Shown one piece after another: positions 40,052 to 50,611 of a stretch of DNA of 64,000 nt; position 1 is the stretch's first letter; each line of letters starts with the position of its first letter. This DNA is from Gemmatimonadales bacterium (GTDB lineage Bacteria > Gemmatimonadota > Gemmatimonadetes > Gemmatimonadales > GWC2-71-9), in NCBI GenBank assembly GCA_037189525.1, contig JBBCJC010000002.1, positions 544,001-608,000 of the forward strand. Reading direction: 5' to 3'. Made by a program: the position numbers and the translations under genes. Under the pieces are notes generated by a model. The model was not told where the DNA came from. It saw nothing but the letters and a program-made list of their open reading frames with translations, and did not search any database.

Positions 40052-41164
40052 TTACGGAATCACACCCTCGGCCGTCTCGCGGATCAGGTGGTCGACAACG
40101 GCCTTGTAGTCGCCGCCGGAGGCCTCGAATACCGCCAGTTGCCGGTCGGCACTGGTGCCCTCCTCCAGGATCTTGTAAGCGTACTCGACTTCCTTGCGGC
40201 TGCCCAGCTCGTCGACCACGTCGCCGATGAACCACTCGAGCAGCTCGCGGATCAACTCGCGAGCGGGAAGCTGTTTGCTCTTGCCGAAGTCGATCAGCTG
40301 CCCGTCCAGTCCGTAGCGGCAGGCGCGCCACTTGTTCTCTTCGATGAACGCGGCGGGATACTGGCGCCAGCTGAGATTGTCTCTGCGCAGCTTCCAGACC
40401 TTGGCAACGATGGCCTGAAAGACGGCGGCGATACAGACGGCTTCGTCGACCCGGGTGCAGACGTCGCAGATCCGCATCTCGAGGGTCGGATAGGTCCAAC
40501 TGGGGCGGACATCCCACCAGAGTTTCGAGGCGTTGGGAATGCTGCCGGTGTCGACCAGCGTATTGACCACGGCCTCGAACTCATCCCAGTTGGACAGGCC
40601 GCGCGGGATGCCGGTGCGCGGGAAGCTGCGGAAAATGATGCTGCGGTACGACTTGAGCCCCGTCTTCCTGCCCAGCCAGAAGGGAGAACTGGTGGAGAGG
40701 CAGAGGAGATGGGGCATCATGTAGCGCGCGGCGTTCATCGCTTCGATGCGGAACTCCTGGTCCTCGATCCCGACATGCACGTGGGTGCCGAAGATCAGGA
40801 GCCGCTGTGCCAGCTCCTGCAGATCCTGCTTGACGCCCATGTAGCGGTCGAGCGGGGTGATTTCCTGGTCGAGCCAGTTCGAGAAGGGATGACTGCCGGC
40901 AGCCACCACCTTGAGTCCTCGGCGGGCCGCGAGGTCGATCACCAGGCGGCGCAGGCGAATCAATTCCTGCTTGGCTTCGGCCGGCGTGTGGCAGACCTTG
41001 GTGCCGACCTCGACCATCGACTGATGGAGCTCGGGTTTGATCTCGCCCAAGATCACCGATTCCTCGGTCAGGATCTCGGTGATGTACGACCGGAGTTCGC
41101 GGGTCTCCGGGTCGATGATCTGGTACTCCTCTTCGATGCCGACGGTCAGGCTGGGCGCTTTCAT
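40052..41164 (-). CDS. Carboxylate-amine ligase (YbdK/GCS2 family)
   Basis: [45 protein letters not shown]. Confidence 0.93.
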   Translation of the reverse strand: MKAPSLTVGIEEEYQIIDPETRELRSYITEILTEESVILGEIKPELHQSMVEVGTKVCHTPAEAKQELIRLRRLVIDLAARRGLKVVAAGSHPFSNWLDQEITPLDRYMGVKQDLQELAQRLLIFGTHVHVGIEDQEFRIEAMNAARYMMPHLLCLSTSSPFWLGRKTGLKSYRSIIFRSFPRTGIPRGLSNWDEFEAVVNTLVDTGSIPNASKLWWDVRPSWTYPTLEMRICDVCTRVDEAVCIAAVFQAIVAKVWKLRRDNLSWRQYPAAFIEENKWRACRYGLDGQLIDFGKSKQLPARELIRELLEWFIGDVVDELGSRKEVEYAYKILEEGTSADRQLAVFEASGGDYKAVVDHLIRETAEGVIP

Positions 41165-41186
41165 ACGTCGATTGCTCGGCAGAGGT

Positions 41187-42536
41187 TCAGCTGCGTGGGT
41201 CCACGACGAAGGTAGGCACGGTCGAGCCGCCCCCCGCCGTGACATTGACGAGGGATGCGGACGAAATACGGGACAGACAGCCGTCGACGATGGCGCCGTC
41301 GAAACAGTAGGGCGCGGTATCGGTGATCCGGTCGGCGTAGACGACGCCACCGTCGACGTAACTCGGATACGGTTCCGAGGGCAATGCGATTCGCTGCTGC
41401 ACGATGTGGGGATGCTCGAGCGCGCGTTGAATGGTCGCCTGCCAGACCTCGGGCGTTGCCTCCCAGCCCAGCACGACCCCGGCGCCGCCGTAGTCGTCGT
41501 TAGGCTTGAGCACGAACTCGTCTTTCCTGTCGGCGATGTAGGGAACCAGATCGACCGACTTCCCCTCGTGCGTCGTGGTGCGCTCTTCGACCACCCGGGT
41601 CCACGGAACGTGCGCCGCAATAGCCTCGCGCTGGCCGGCCGAGAAGAGATGAGCGTTTCGCTCGTCGGAGAGCACGGCCAGACTGGCCTTCTTGTGAAGG
41701 ACCTTGCACCGGAACGGGTTGACCATGCAGACCGCGCGGTCGCGCACGGCGCGGACGATCGGGTGGTCCAGACCGCCGCGCTCGACCAGTTCGCTGATCA
41801 GGACGCGCTTGTAGATCAGATCGATGGCAACCCCGTCGACGTACAACCGTCCGTTCCGGTACTCGGCGTGGCGCGGGTCGCCGATGATGCACTTGTAGCC
41901 TAACGACGAGAAGTAGTCCTGAAAGAGCAGGAACTCGCTCATGGTCGGGACCTCGTTCCAGTCGAGGATCCCGATGGTCGGCTTGGCCCAGGTTCCGGCA
42001 AATTGCTGATAGGCGTCGAGCAGCGAATGCAGGGTATTGGCCCGCGCCGGCAACGGCGTCAGGGTAAACCGATGACGGAAGCTCCGCACGACCGGGAGCG
42101 CCAGAAACAGTTTGGTCAGCGCATCGTTGTACGCGGGACCGGCCGGACACTCACCGTTGTACTCGGTGACCCGGAGCGCGCCGTCACCGGGCGAGAAAAA
42201 CGCGTCGAGCCGCGTGAGCGGCGTAGCGTTGATGCCCGGATCCTCGAGCGCCAGGGTGCGCTCCCAGGGCTCGAGCCGGAACTGATCGAGCACGGCCGGG
42301 TCGGCCAGCGCCGCGTCGAGCGCGGCGCCAAGCGCACCAAGCAGGATGGGAATCCGCTCGGCAATGACGGCGTGCTGGGCCCGGCTCAGGAACCGTGGGC
42401 GAATCACGCTGCAGAGCGCGCGGTCGCCGAAGAAGAGTCCTCGCTTGCGCAGCTCCTCGTGCAGCCACTCCCCGGACTCGGCTCCGAGTCCCGGTGTCAG
42501 CGCCTCGTGCCACGCCGCAATGGCGGTTTCGGTCAT
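41187..42536 (-). CDS. Circularly permuted ATP-grasp (glutathionylspermidine synthase-like) ligase
   Basis: RLDAF...[41 protein letters not shown] coupling. Confidence 0.85.
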   Translation of the reverse strand: MTETAIAAWHEALTPGLGAESGEWLHEELRKRGLFFGDRALCSVIRPRFLSRAQHAVIAERIPILLGALGAALDAALADPAVLDQFRLEPWERTLALEDPGINATPLTRLDAFFSPGDGALRVTEYNGECPAGPAYNDALTKLFLALPVVRSFRHRFTLTPLPARANTLHSLLDAYQQFAGTWAKPTIGILDWNEVPTMSEFLLFQDYFSSLGYKCIIGDPRHAEYRNGRLYVDGVAIDLIYKRVLISELVERGGLDHPIVRAVRDRAVCMVNPFRCKVLHKKASLAVLSDERNAHLFSAGQREAIAAHVPWTRVVEERTTTHEGKSVDLVPYIADRKDEFVLKPNDDYGGAGVVLGWEATPEVWQATIQRALEHPHIVQQRIALPSEPYPSYVDGGVVYADRITDTAPYCFDGAIVDGCLSRISSASLVNVTAGGGSTVPTFVVDPRS

Positions 42537-43489
42537 CGCGGACCCGGGCGAACCGGACGTCCTTGCAGAAACTGCTCCCAACTCGGACGCCCCGGCGGCG
42601 TCGGCGCCTTCGCGAGCCGAATGGTCAGATCGGCCATGGCGCTCACGACCCATTCGAAGTGGGTCGGGGTGAGCGAATAGATGTCCATGTCGGGTGCCGG
42701 ATTCATGAAGTCGATGGCGTAGGGAATTCCGTCCCGGATGGCCCATTCCATCGAGTTCATGTCGTAACCGAGGGCGCGGACCAGCCGGAGCGAGTCGGCG
42801 ACGACGCGGTCATGCACGGCCTGCGGCAGGAAGTCGAGTTCCTGGTGATACTTGCGTTCCTTGGGATCGTACTTGATCGGATAGATCACTTCCTGCCCGA
42901 TAGCCAGGCAGCGCACGAACTCGTCCCACTCGATGAACTCCTGCACGATCATGGTGAGCAGGCCCGAGCGATCGTAGTGGTAGAGCAGTTCTTCCAGGCT
43001 TCGGCAGATGTAGACATCCCGCCACCCGCCGCCATGCGCGTCCTTGAGGACACAGGGGAGCCCGACGTAGTCGACGATGGCCTGCCAATCGAGCGGGAAG
43101 GCCAGGTTACGGAGGCTCTCGGTGTGCACGATGCCCGGCACATACTCCTTGTTGGGCAGCACCACCGTTTTGGGACTGGCCAGGCCCAGTGATGTCGCCA
43201 GGCTGGCGCCGAAGAACTTATCGTCGGCGGTCCACATGAACGGGTTATTGATGACCGTGGCGCCCTGGAGGACGGCGTACTTGAGGTACGTCCGATAGAA
43301 CGGCACTTCGTGAGAAATGCGGTCGATGATGACCTGGTAGGGCACCGGTCCGTCCATCCGAGGGGCATCCAGCGTGACGAACTCCGCCACGACGCCCTGG
43401 TCCCGATTGTTGACTTCCTCGATGAAGGCGGGCGGCCAGCTCCATTCGCGGCCGACGATCAGGCCGATCTTCTTGGGATCCGACGACAT
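42533..43489 (-). CDS. RimK/glutathione-synthase-like ATP-grasp protein
   Basis: IDRISH, VINNPF..ADDKF, PCVLK..GGGW, QEFI, AIDFMNPAPD. Confidence 0.87.
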   Translation of the reverse strand: MSSDPKKIGLIVGREWSWPPAFIEEVNNRDQGVVAEFVTLDAPRMDGPVPYQVIIDRISHEVPFYRTYLKYAVLQGATVINNPFMWTADDKFFGASLATSLGLASPKTVVLPNKEYVPGIVHTESLRNLAFPLDWQAIVDYVGLPCVLKDAHGGGWRDVYICRSLEELLYHYDRSGLLTMIVQEFIEWDEFVRCLAIGQEVIYPIKYDPKERKYHQELDFLPQAVHDRVVADSLRLVRALGYDMNSMEWAIRDGIPYAIDFMNPAPDMDIYSLTPTHFEWVVSAMADLTIRLAKAPTPPGRPSWEQFLQGRPVRPGPR

Positions 43490-43570
43490 GCGATTGTGGT
43501 CCTGTGGGATGAGAGACAGGGGATAGAGCGAATGTACGGTGCTTCCCGGCAACCGGGAAGTCGGGTCGCG

Positions 43571-43906
43571 TCAATTCACCAGGGCCCGTTCCAGCGCGGC
43601 GACGACCGGCTCGATGTCTTCGGTGGCCACCCGCCACACGATATCAGGGTCGACGTCATCGTACCCGTGCACGATCCGGTTGCGCATCCCGATCATCTCG
43701 CCCCAGGGAAACTCGGGATGGTCGGCCCGGAAGTCTGCCGAGAGCCGGCTGGCGGCCTCGCCGAGCCGCTGGATGAGATGGAGCAACGCGAGCTGACGGA
43801 GCACATCGGTCGCGAACGCCTCGGGGGTGTGCCCGCGTACCAGGCTGCGAATCTGGCGTGCCGTGTCGAGCATCTGCTCCAGTGTGGCCCGGTCATCCCG
43901 CGGCAT
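43571..43906 (-). CDS. HEPN (HepT/DUF86) ribonuclease toxin
   Basis: RNRIVHGY fits R-x4-H-x-Y; LGEAA and PW motifs; overlaps the MNT gene. Confidence 0.92.
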   Translation of the reverse strand: MPRDDRATLEQMLDTARQIRSLVRGHTPEAFATDVLRQLALLHLIQRLGEAASRLSADFRADHPEFPWGEMIGMRNRIVHGYDDVDPDIVWRVATEDIEPVVAALERALVN

Positions 43907-44402
43907 AGAGCAGCCTCGCCGATGCCAGCACATGCCCTCGGACTCGCGGTGACAGCCCGCGGCGGGTCACCAGGTCGACTCGCCGGCCGCCAAATACGTT
44001 ACCCAGCGCCTCGGCGACCCGCACGATCCCGAACCCGGGTGTCTTTCCCGGCGCGAAGTCCACGATCACGTCCACGTCGCTGTCCGGGCGCGCCATGCCC
44101 CGTGCCTGGGAGCCGAACAGCGCTAGCCAGGTAATGTGGTGGCGACGACATGCCGCAGCCAGGGCATCGTGATCCAGGGCACTCACGAGGGGTACCGGGA
44201 GTTCGGGATCTGCCAGGTATGGAGGAGAGGCCGGTTCCCGGACCATCTGACCCGCCGGCGGGGGAACATCGTCGCGGGCGGCGTCATCCAGGATCGAGAG
44301 CAGCTCGCCGTTCAGGCTTCGACGATTGGCTGCGGCGCGGGCACGGAGTCGCTGCAGAGCGGCGTCCGGTACGCCCCGGATGGTCAGGGTACGTAAGGCC
44401 AT
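43893..44402 (-). CDS. MNT (MntA-like) antitoxin with an N-terminal FitA/Arc-like ribbon-helix-helix domain
   Basis: TLTIRGVPD...LRARAAANRRSLNGE (RHH) plus LFGSQARGMARPDSDVD (GS-x10-DxD) and RRVDLV. Confidence 0.88.
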   Translation of the reverse strand: MALRTLTIRGVPDAALQRLRARAAANRRSLNGELLSILDDAARDDVPPPAGQMVREPASPPYLADPELPVPLVSALDHDALAAACRRHHITWLALFGSQARGMARPDSDVDVIVDFAPGKTPGFGIVRVAEALGNVFGGRRVDLVTRRGLSPRVRGHVLASARLLYAAG

Positions 44403-44406
44403 GACT

Positions 44407-44426
44407 GCAATATGACTTTATATTGC
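44407..44426. promoter_or_regulatory. Candidate operator of the TA operon
   Basis: Perfect GCAATAT-N6-ATATTGC palindrome 4 nt upstream of the ATG. Confidence 0.6.
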
Positions 44427-44763
44427 CTGCATCACAACTCTCCGACTCACGAGCAGTGCCGTTACAAGTCCTGATGGTAGGAGAGCGGCAGCGCGGCGAC
44501 CACATCGCGGTAGTTCCGCAGCCCGGGCTCAGGACGCGATGTGCGCGCCTATCGGAAAGGCGGGTGCCTCGTGAGCGAAGGACAGGGCTGGCCGGCGTTG
44601 ATGCTCTAAGCCGATATATGACAATATTTTGCGGATCCGTACGGCGCCGGGAGAGGCGTGACCGGTCTGCCTGGCGCCTCGCTGCCGGGGCCGATATCAT
44701 CCTACGCACCTAATCCATGCCGATTTCGGCGCACCGAATCATATCCCGCGAAGGTTTTTCTCT

Positions 44764-47700
44764 ATGCGGACGTGCATACTGGCCGGCCGAGTCATCCTCG
44801 GTCTCGTGGCGTTCCTTTCCGTGTCGGCACTCGATGCGCAGCAGGCTCCGGCGAGCTGGATGCGCTATCCCGCCATCTCGCCCGATGGTCGGACCATTGC
44901 CTTCGTCTACAAAGGCGATCTGTACCGGGTACCGGCTGCGGGCGGCACGGCGACGCAGCTGACGACGCACCCGGCGCACGATTTCATGCCGGTTTGGGGC
45001 CGGGACGGCCGCCAGCTTGCGTTCGCCAGCGATCGCTACGGCAACTTCGACATCTTCGTGATCCCGGCCGAGGGCGGCGAAGCCAAACGGCTGACCTTCC
45101 ACTCCGCCGCCGAATACCCGTATGCGTTCAGTCACGACGGGCAGCAGGTGCTCTTCGGCGCCGTCCGGTTGGACGATCGTGCCAGTCGTCATCACCCGGG
45201 TGGGTCGCAAGGCGAGCTCTATCAGGTTCCGGTTGCGGGCGGGCGTCCGGTGCAGCTCCTGACGACGCCGGCGGAGGCGGTCTCGGTCAGCCGGGATGGC
45301 CGCCGGCTGCTGTACATGGACATGAAAGTCGGCGAGGACCGGTGGCGGAAGCACCAGGTGTCCGCTGCGGCGCGGGATATCTGGATTCACGATCGCGAGG
45401 GTGGCTCGCACCGGCGGATCACCACGTTCGAAGGCGAGGACCAGCTACCGGTCTTCACGCCGGACGAACGCGCGTTTGTTTACCTCAGCGAAACGAGCGG
45501 ATCGTTCAACGTCCATCGGATGAGCCTGGACGGTGGCGCATCGCAGCAGCTTACCCGGTTCACCGGCTATCCGGTCCGGTTCCTGACCGGGGCGGAGGAC
45601 GGCACGTTGGCCTTCGGATACGACGGCCGGATTTACACGCTGGCGCCGGGCGGCGAGCCCAGGCAGGTGCCCGTGACCATCGTGACCGACGCGCATGCCA
45701 ACAACACGCGGGTAATCCCCGTGACCGGCGGAGCCGGGGAACTCGCCGTCGCGCCGAGCGGCAAGGAGGTCGCCTTCGTCTTCCGCGGCGACGTGTTCGT
45801 GACCAGCGTTGAAGGCGGGGTGACCAAACAGATCACCCGCACGCCCGAGACCGAGACCAACGTCGGCTTTTCTCCGGACGGTAAAGCGATCGTCTACGCG
45901 TCGGAGCGCGGCGGCCGATGGGGCATCTACGAAGCGCGCCGGGTGCGCGATACGGAGCCGCACTTTTACGCCTCGACGCTGATTCGGGAAACGCCGCTCA
46001 TCGTCGATGAGCGCCAGAACTTCCAGCCCGCCTATTCGCCCGACGGAACCGAGCTCGCCTACATCGAGGACGGTAACACGCTGCGCGTGCGCACGCTCGC
46101 GACCCGGCAGACGCGGACTCTGCTAACCGACCGCCACATCTTTTCGACGGGACCGAACCATCACTTCCAGTGGAGCCCGGACGGGAAGTGGATCCTGTTC
46201 GACTACAACAAGCCGGGGATCGCACCATCCGACGTCGGTATCGTAGCAACGGACGGCAAGAGCGCGCCGGTCAATCTGACGCGAAGCGGGTTCAACAACG
46301 GCACCGCCACCTGGATTCTCGGCGGGACGGCGATGCTCTGGCGCAGCAACCGAGACGGGCTCAAGTCGCTGGCGATGGGCGGCGGCACCCAGTCCGACGC
46401 CTACGCGATGTTCTTTACCCAGGCGGCGTGGGACCGGCACAACCTGACCAAGGAGGAGTTCGCCCTGGTCAAAGAGGCCGAAGAGCAGGCAGAGAAGAGC
46501 CGGCCCAAGGCGGATACGGCAAGCCCGCGACCCGTGGCGCCCGTCGCGCTCGACCTGGACGGCGCGTCCGACCGGCGGGCCCGGCTGACGATCCATTCGT
46601 CGGCCCTAGGCGACGCGCTCGTGAGCAAGGACGGCGAGACGCTTTACTACCTGGCCCGCTTCGAACGCGGACTCAATCTCTGGGCCACGACCCTGCGCAC
46701 CCGTGAGACCCGCCAGCTCGTGGCGCTCGCCGCCAACAACGGCCGGATGGTGTGGGACAAGGAGCAGAAGCACATCTTCCTGCTCGCCGACGGAGCGATT
46801 TCGCGGATCGATCCAGCCACCGGCAAGCGGGACAACGTCACGATTCGCGGCGAGATGACAGCCGATGGAGCGGCGGAGCGCACGGCGATGTTCGACCAGG
46901 TGTGGCGCCGGACGCGGGACACCTACTACACGCGCAGCTTTCACGGGGCCGACTGGAACGGTCTCCGGTCCCAGTACGAGAAGTACCTGCCGCACATCGG
47001 GAACAACTACGAGTTCGTCGAGCTCCTGAGCGAGTTGCTGGGTGAGCTCAACGTCAGCCACAGCGGAGCGCGATACACCACCTCCTCGCCGGGCGACGAC
47101 GCCACGGCGTCGCTGGGCATCTTCTACGACCAGTCGGCGGCACGAGCCGGGATCACGATCACCGAAGTGCTGCGCGGCGGGCCACTCGACAAGGCTGGCA
47201 TGAACGTCACCCCGGGTACGGTCATCGAGGCCATTGACGGCGAAGAGATCCCGGCGAACCGCGACCTGGCCGAGTTCCTGAACCGGAAAGCTGATCGCAA
47301 CGTGCATCTCCGGCTTCGCACCGGGACGACCACGCGCGAGATCGTCGCCAAGCCGGTGACGCTGGCGGTGGAATCCCGTCTCCGGTATCAGCGGTGGGTC
47401 CGCATCAACCAGGAAGAAGTGGACCGGCTGAGCAAAGGACGACTCGGCTACATCCATGTGCCCGGGATGAACGACGGCGCCTATCGCAACGCCTTCGAAG
47501 AGGTGCTCGGCAAGTTCCCCGATCGGGAGGGTCTGGTGGTCGACACCCGCTTCAACGGCGGCGGCGATCTGGTGGCCGATCTGGAGATGTTCCTGACCGG
47601 GGTCCGCTTCTTCGACTATTCCACCGACACGCGGAGCCGCGGGTTCGAGCCCAACTTCCGCTGGACCAAACCAAGCGTGGCGCTAGCCAATGAAGGCAAC

Positions 47701-48000
47701 TACAGCGACGGGCACTGCTTTGCGTGGACCTATCAGACGTTGAAGATCGGTCCCCTGATCGGGATGCCGGTACCCGGTACCTGCACCTTCTCCGGCGGCG
47801 GGCCGCTGCTCGACGGGCTCCGCTTCGGCGTGCCGGGGATGGGCGTCAAGGACGCCACCACGGGGCGGTATCTGGAAAACTGGCAGACGGAGCCCGATAT
47901 CCGCGTGGCGAACGATCCCCACGTGGTCATTACGGGGCGGGACCAGCAGTTGGAGGCGGCGGTGCGGACGTTGCTGGAGCTCGTGGATCAGCGCCGGTAG
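44764..48000 (+). CDS. Tricorn-like S41 family peptidase
   Basis: Two propeller regions (SPDG repeats), GELNVSH, PDZ-like region, DTRFNGGG, NYSDG. Confidence 0.93.
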   Translation: MRTCILAGRVILGLVAFLSVSALDAQQAPASWMRYPAISPDGRTIAFVYKGDLYRVPAAGGTATQLTTHPAHDFMPVWGRDGRQLAFASDRYGNFDIFVIPAEGGEAKRLTFHSAAEYPYAFSHDGQQVLFGAVRLDDRASRHHPGGSQGELYQVPVAGGRPVQLLTTPAEAVSVSRDGRRLLYMDMKVGEDRWRKHQVSAAARDIWIHDREGGSHRRITTFEGEDQLPVFTPDERAFVYLSETSGSFNVHRMSLDGGASQQLTRFTGYPVRFLTGAEDGTLAFGYDGRIYTLAPGGEPRQVPVTIVTDAHANNTRVIPVTGGAGELAVAPSGKEVAFVFRGDVFVTSVEGGVTKQITRTPETETNVGFSPDGKAIVYASERGGRWGIYEARRVRDTEPHFYASTLIRETPLIVDERQNFQPAYSPDGTELAYIEDGNTLRVRTLATRQTRTLLTDRHIFSTGPNHHFQWSPDGKWILFDYNKPGIAPSDVGIVATDGKSAPVNLTRSGFNNGTATWILGGTAMLWRSNRDGLKSLAMGGGTQSDAYAMFFTQAAWDRHNLTKEEFALVKEAEEQAEKSRPKADTASPRPVAPVALDLDGASDRRARLTIHSSALGDALVSKDGETLYYLARFERGLNLWATTLRTRETRQLVALAANNGRMVWDKEQKHIFLLADGAISRIDPATGKRDNVTIRGEMTADGAAERTAMFDQVWRRTRDTYYTRSFHGADWNGLRSQYEKYLPHIGNNYEFVELLSELLGELNVSHSGARYTTSSPGDDATASLGIFYDQSAARAGITITEVLRGGPLDKAGMNVTPGTVIEAIDGEEIPANRDLAEFLNRKADRNVHLRLRTGTTTREIVAKPVTLAVESRLRYQRWVRINQEEVDRLSKGRLGYIHVPGMNDGAYRNAFEEVLGKFPDREGLVVDTRFNGGGDLVADLEMFLTGVRFFDYSTDTRSRGFEPNFRWTKPSVALANEGNYSDGHCFAWTYQTLKIGPLIGMPVPGTCTFSGGGPLLDGLRFGVPGMGVKDATTGRYLENWQTEPDIRVANDPHVVITGRDQQLEAAVRTLLELVDQRR

Positions 48001-48069
48001 CAGCGAACGCTTCCGATTGCGGGGCGCCGGTCGGCCCGGTGGAGAGCCTTCGGCAGGACGGCTGAGCTT

Positions 48070-48921
48070 CTACCTGGGAACTTCGATCAACCCGGGCCGG
48101 TTCGGCGCATCCGTTCCCAGCAGGAACGGTAAGGCCTGACTGACCCGGGCGCCCCAGGTGGCCTCATTGTGCCGTCCGGCGGCATCCTCCACATAGTAGA
48201 ACTCGGTGTCCGACATGGATCCGTACCGGTAGATCAGATCCCGCAGCAGGCGGACATCCTCGATGGCCGACTCCGGCTCTTTGAGGCCGATATCGAGATA
48301 CAGATTACCAACCGCCAGGTCCGCATGCTCCTCGACATAGCGAAGGATCGCGCGGTTGGCAAACCAGAGTGACGGGCTCAACGCCGCGGCGCCCCCGAAC
48401 ACGTCCGCGTACCGATAGAGCGCGTACAGGCTGATCAAGCCGCCCATCGAGGACCCGGCAATGAAGGTCTGCTGGCGCTCCGGCCGGGTGCGGAAGCTGC
48501 GGTCGACCAGCGGTTTGAGGGTCTCCGCCACGAATGCGAGGTATCGGTCGCCGGCCCCGCCGCCTCGGCCGGGATGCTGGAAGGGGCTGTACTCGTCGAG
48601 GCGATGCTTGCCGCCGTTGGCAATCCCGACCACGATCGCTTCCGTGCCTTCCCGGCTCAGCTCGGCCAGGGTTTGGCTGAGCCGCCAGTCTCCCGCATAG
48701 CTCGTGGCGGGGTCGAACAGGTTCTGCCCATCCTGCATGTACACGACCGGATAGCTCCGCTCCGGATCCGTCTGGTACGACAGCGGCAGTGCAGCGACCA
48801 CGTCCCGGTAGTTCCGCAGCCCCGGGCTCAGTACCTGACGCCGGATCACGAGGGGAACCCCCTTCGGGTCCTCGGTCGGGTAAGGTTCCCACGGAGTGTC
48901 TTCGATCGCAGAAAGGGTCAT
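48070..48921 (-). CDS. Alpha/beta hydrolase, putative esterase
   Basis: YPVVYMQDGQNLFD, GSSMGG, SPSLW, HNE..W. Confidence 0.9.
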   Translation of the reverse strand: MTLSAIEDTPWEPYPTEDPKGVPLVIRRQVLSPGLRNYRDVVAALPLSYQTDPERSYPVVYMQDGQNLFDPATSYAGDWRLSQTLAELSREGTEAIVVGIANGGKHRLDEYSPFQHPGRGGGAGDRYLAFVAETLKPLVDRSFRTRPERQQTFIAGSSMGGLISLYALYRYADVFGGAAALSPSLWFANRAILRYVEEHADLAVGNLYLDIGLKEPESAIEDVRLLRDLIYRYGSMSDTEFYYVEDAAGRHNEATWGARVSQALPFLLGTDAPNRPGLIEVPR

Positions 48922-48970
48922 GGTAATATGCGCGGCCGCGCGTGGTCGAGCATCGACGGCCCGCTTCCGT

Positions 48971-50167
48971 CTACCGGGCTAGCGGAACGCGGACCACCCG
49001 CACGCGACTCTCGGCCGTGGATGCGCCGGGGTCGGCCCAGGTCAGATAGAGGTCATCGCCCGCCAGCGCGGTACGTGCGAACCCGGCGCGGCGGCCGCGG
49101 TCCGTGGTGGCGATACGAAACGACGGCTCCGCCGCGTTCCCAGCGGTGACTCGTCGCAGACGCCAGGTGGCAAGGCTGTCGCCGTCTTCGAGCCAGACGG
49201 CCACCGCGCGCGTCGGCGCCGTGAGCTGGAGGTGGACTCGGCCGAGCGGTTTGCCGTCGTCGAGCACCACGGGCGCATCGAAGCTGGCGCCGCCGTCCCG
49301 CGAGAAGGCCAGCCGGACTCGCGGCGTATCGTTGGCGCCCGTGTACCAACCGACCGCAACAGCCTCGCCGTCGGCAGCGATCGATGGTCCGTTGACGGGA
49401 CAGGCACGGATGGCCCAGCCGTCGTCGGCAACACGAACGGGCGTGGACCAGGCGCCGTTGATCTGACGGACCACGGCGATGTCGCGCACCTCGGCGTCGG
49501 AGCGATCACGATACGCAGCAACCAGGCCGCCGGCCGCCCGGGCCATCGAGACCTGGCAGCACTCGCAGGTGCGCGGGTCGAGCACCTGCTCATCGATGGT
49601 CGTTCCGCCGGCCGTGAAGGTGGCGTTGCGCACCGTCATGCTTCCCCCGGAGTCGACCATGCGGCCCCCGTCGAGCCAGGTGACGGCCACGCCGTCCGTC
49701 GCGTCCGGGATCATCGCGACGAAGCCGTGTTCGGTTGGACTCAGATCCTGGTGCGCCACCACCGGCGCCGACCAGGTCCGGCCGCCATCTTCGGATCGGG
49801 TCAGCATGACGTGATAGGCGTAGGTCGAGGCCGCCGTCTTTTCGAGCCAGTGGACCACCCACGCCCCGGTGCTCGTTTCGACCGCCGACGGAAAATCGGC
49901 CCAATTGACGAAGAACGGCCGATGCGAAGCTACCGTAGCCGGGGTCGACCATCCCGACGGATCGCGCCGGGCAATCCGCAGGGCAAAGGCGCTGTCACCT
50001 TCGGGCTCGAACCAGGTGAGCAGGAGGCCCCCGTCGGCGGTCGGCGTCAGGAAGGGCGTCCGGCTGCCGGCCGGTCCCGTCCAATCGTCGATCGGCGCGA
50101 GGCCGGGCGTCGTCGGGGTACACGCAGCAACCAGGGCGGTGAGGAGCAGAGCTCGGAGGGCGCGCAT
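48971..50167 (-). CDS. BNR/Asp-box repeat (sialidase-like) lipoprotein
   Basis: Lipobox VAAC; SEDGGRTW and SRDGGASF Asp-boxes; TCECC and ACPVNGP. Confidence 0.8.
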   Translation of the reverse strand: MRALRALLLTALVAACTPTTPGLAPIDDWTGPAGSRTPFLTPTADGGLLLTWFEPEGDSAFALRIARRDPSGWSTPATVASHRPFFVNWADFPSAVETSTGAWVVHWLEKTAASTYAYHVMLTRSEDGGRTWSAPVVAHQDLSPTEHGFVAMIPDATDGVAVTWLDGGRMVDSGGSMTVRNATFTAGGTTIDEQVLDPRTCECCQVSMARAAGGLVAAYRDRSDAEVRDIAVVRQINGAWSTPVRVADDGWAIRACPVNGPSIAADGEAVAVGWYTGANDTPRVRLAFSRDGGASFDAPVVLDDGKPLGRVHLQLTAPTRAVAVWLEDGDSLATWRLRRVTAGNAAEPSFRIATTDRGRRAGFARTALAGDDLYLTWADPGASTAESRVRVVRVPLAR

Positions 50168-50241
50168 CCCGGGAATATGGCCCGGGTCCAGCGATGCCGC
50201 CACACGCCCGCGCGTGAGGCGCCCCGGGGTCGTGATCCCGG

Positions 50242-50598
50242 TCAATTGCCGCCGTTGCGGAACACGAAATAGGCGGCGGCCACCAGACAGAGCGCGGCCC
50301 ACAGGTAATCGAGCTTGAGAGGCTCGCGCATGTAGAAGATGGCAAAGGGAACGAACACGCCGAGCGTAATGACTTCCTGCAGGATCTTGAGCTGGCCCAG
50401 GTTCATCGCAGTGTAGCCGATCCGGTTGGCCGGCACCTGGATCAGATATTCGAACAGGGCAATGCCCCAGCTGACCAGCGCCGCGATATACCAGGGGCGC
50501 TGGTTCATGTTCCGGAGATGTGCGTACCAGGCGAACGTCATGAAGACGTTCGAGAGAATGAGCAGGCCGGTTGCCCGCGCAATCACGGGGATGTTCAT
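50242..50598 (-). CDS. DMT family small membrane protein (DUF486)
   Basis: SNVFMTFAWYAHL, SWGIALFEY..QVPANRIG, QLKILQEVITL. Confidence 0.9.
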   Translation of the reverse strand: MNIPVIARATGLLILSNVFMTFAWYAHLRNMNQRPWYIAALVSWGIALFEYLIQVPANRIGYTAMNLGQLKILQEVITLGVFVPFAIFYMREPLKLDYLWAALCLVAAAYFVFRNGGN

Positions 50599-50611
50599 GG
50601 AAGGTTCGCGG

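Noticed and set aside
41165..41620. N-terminal extensions in the ORF track (522-aa YbdK, 637-aa deacylase, 413-aa nitronate monooxygenase and others)
   Set aside because: They overlap neighbouring genes or precede clear family N-termini; shorter starts were used
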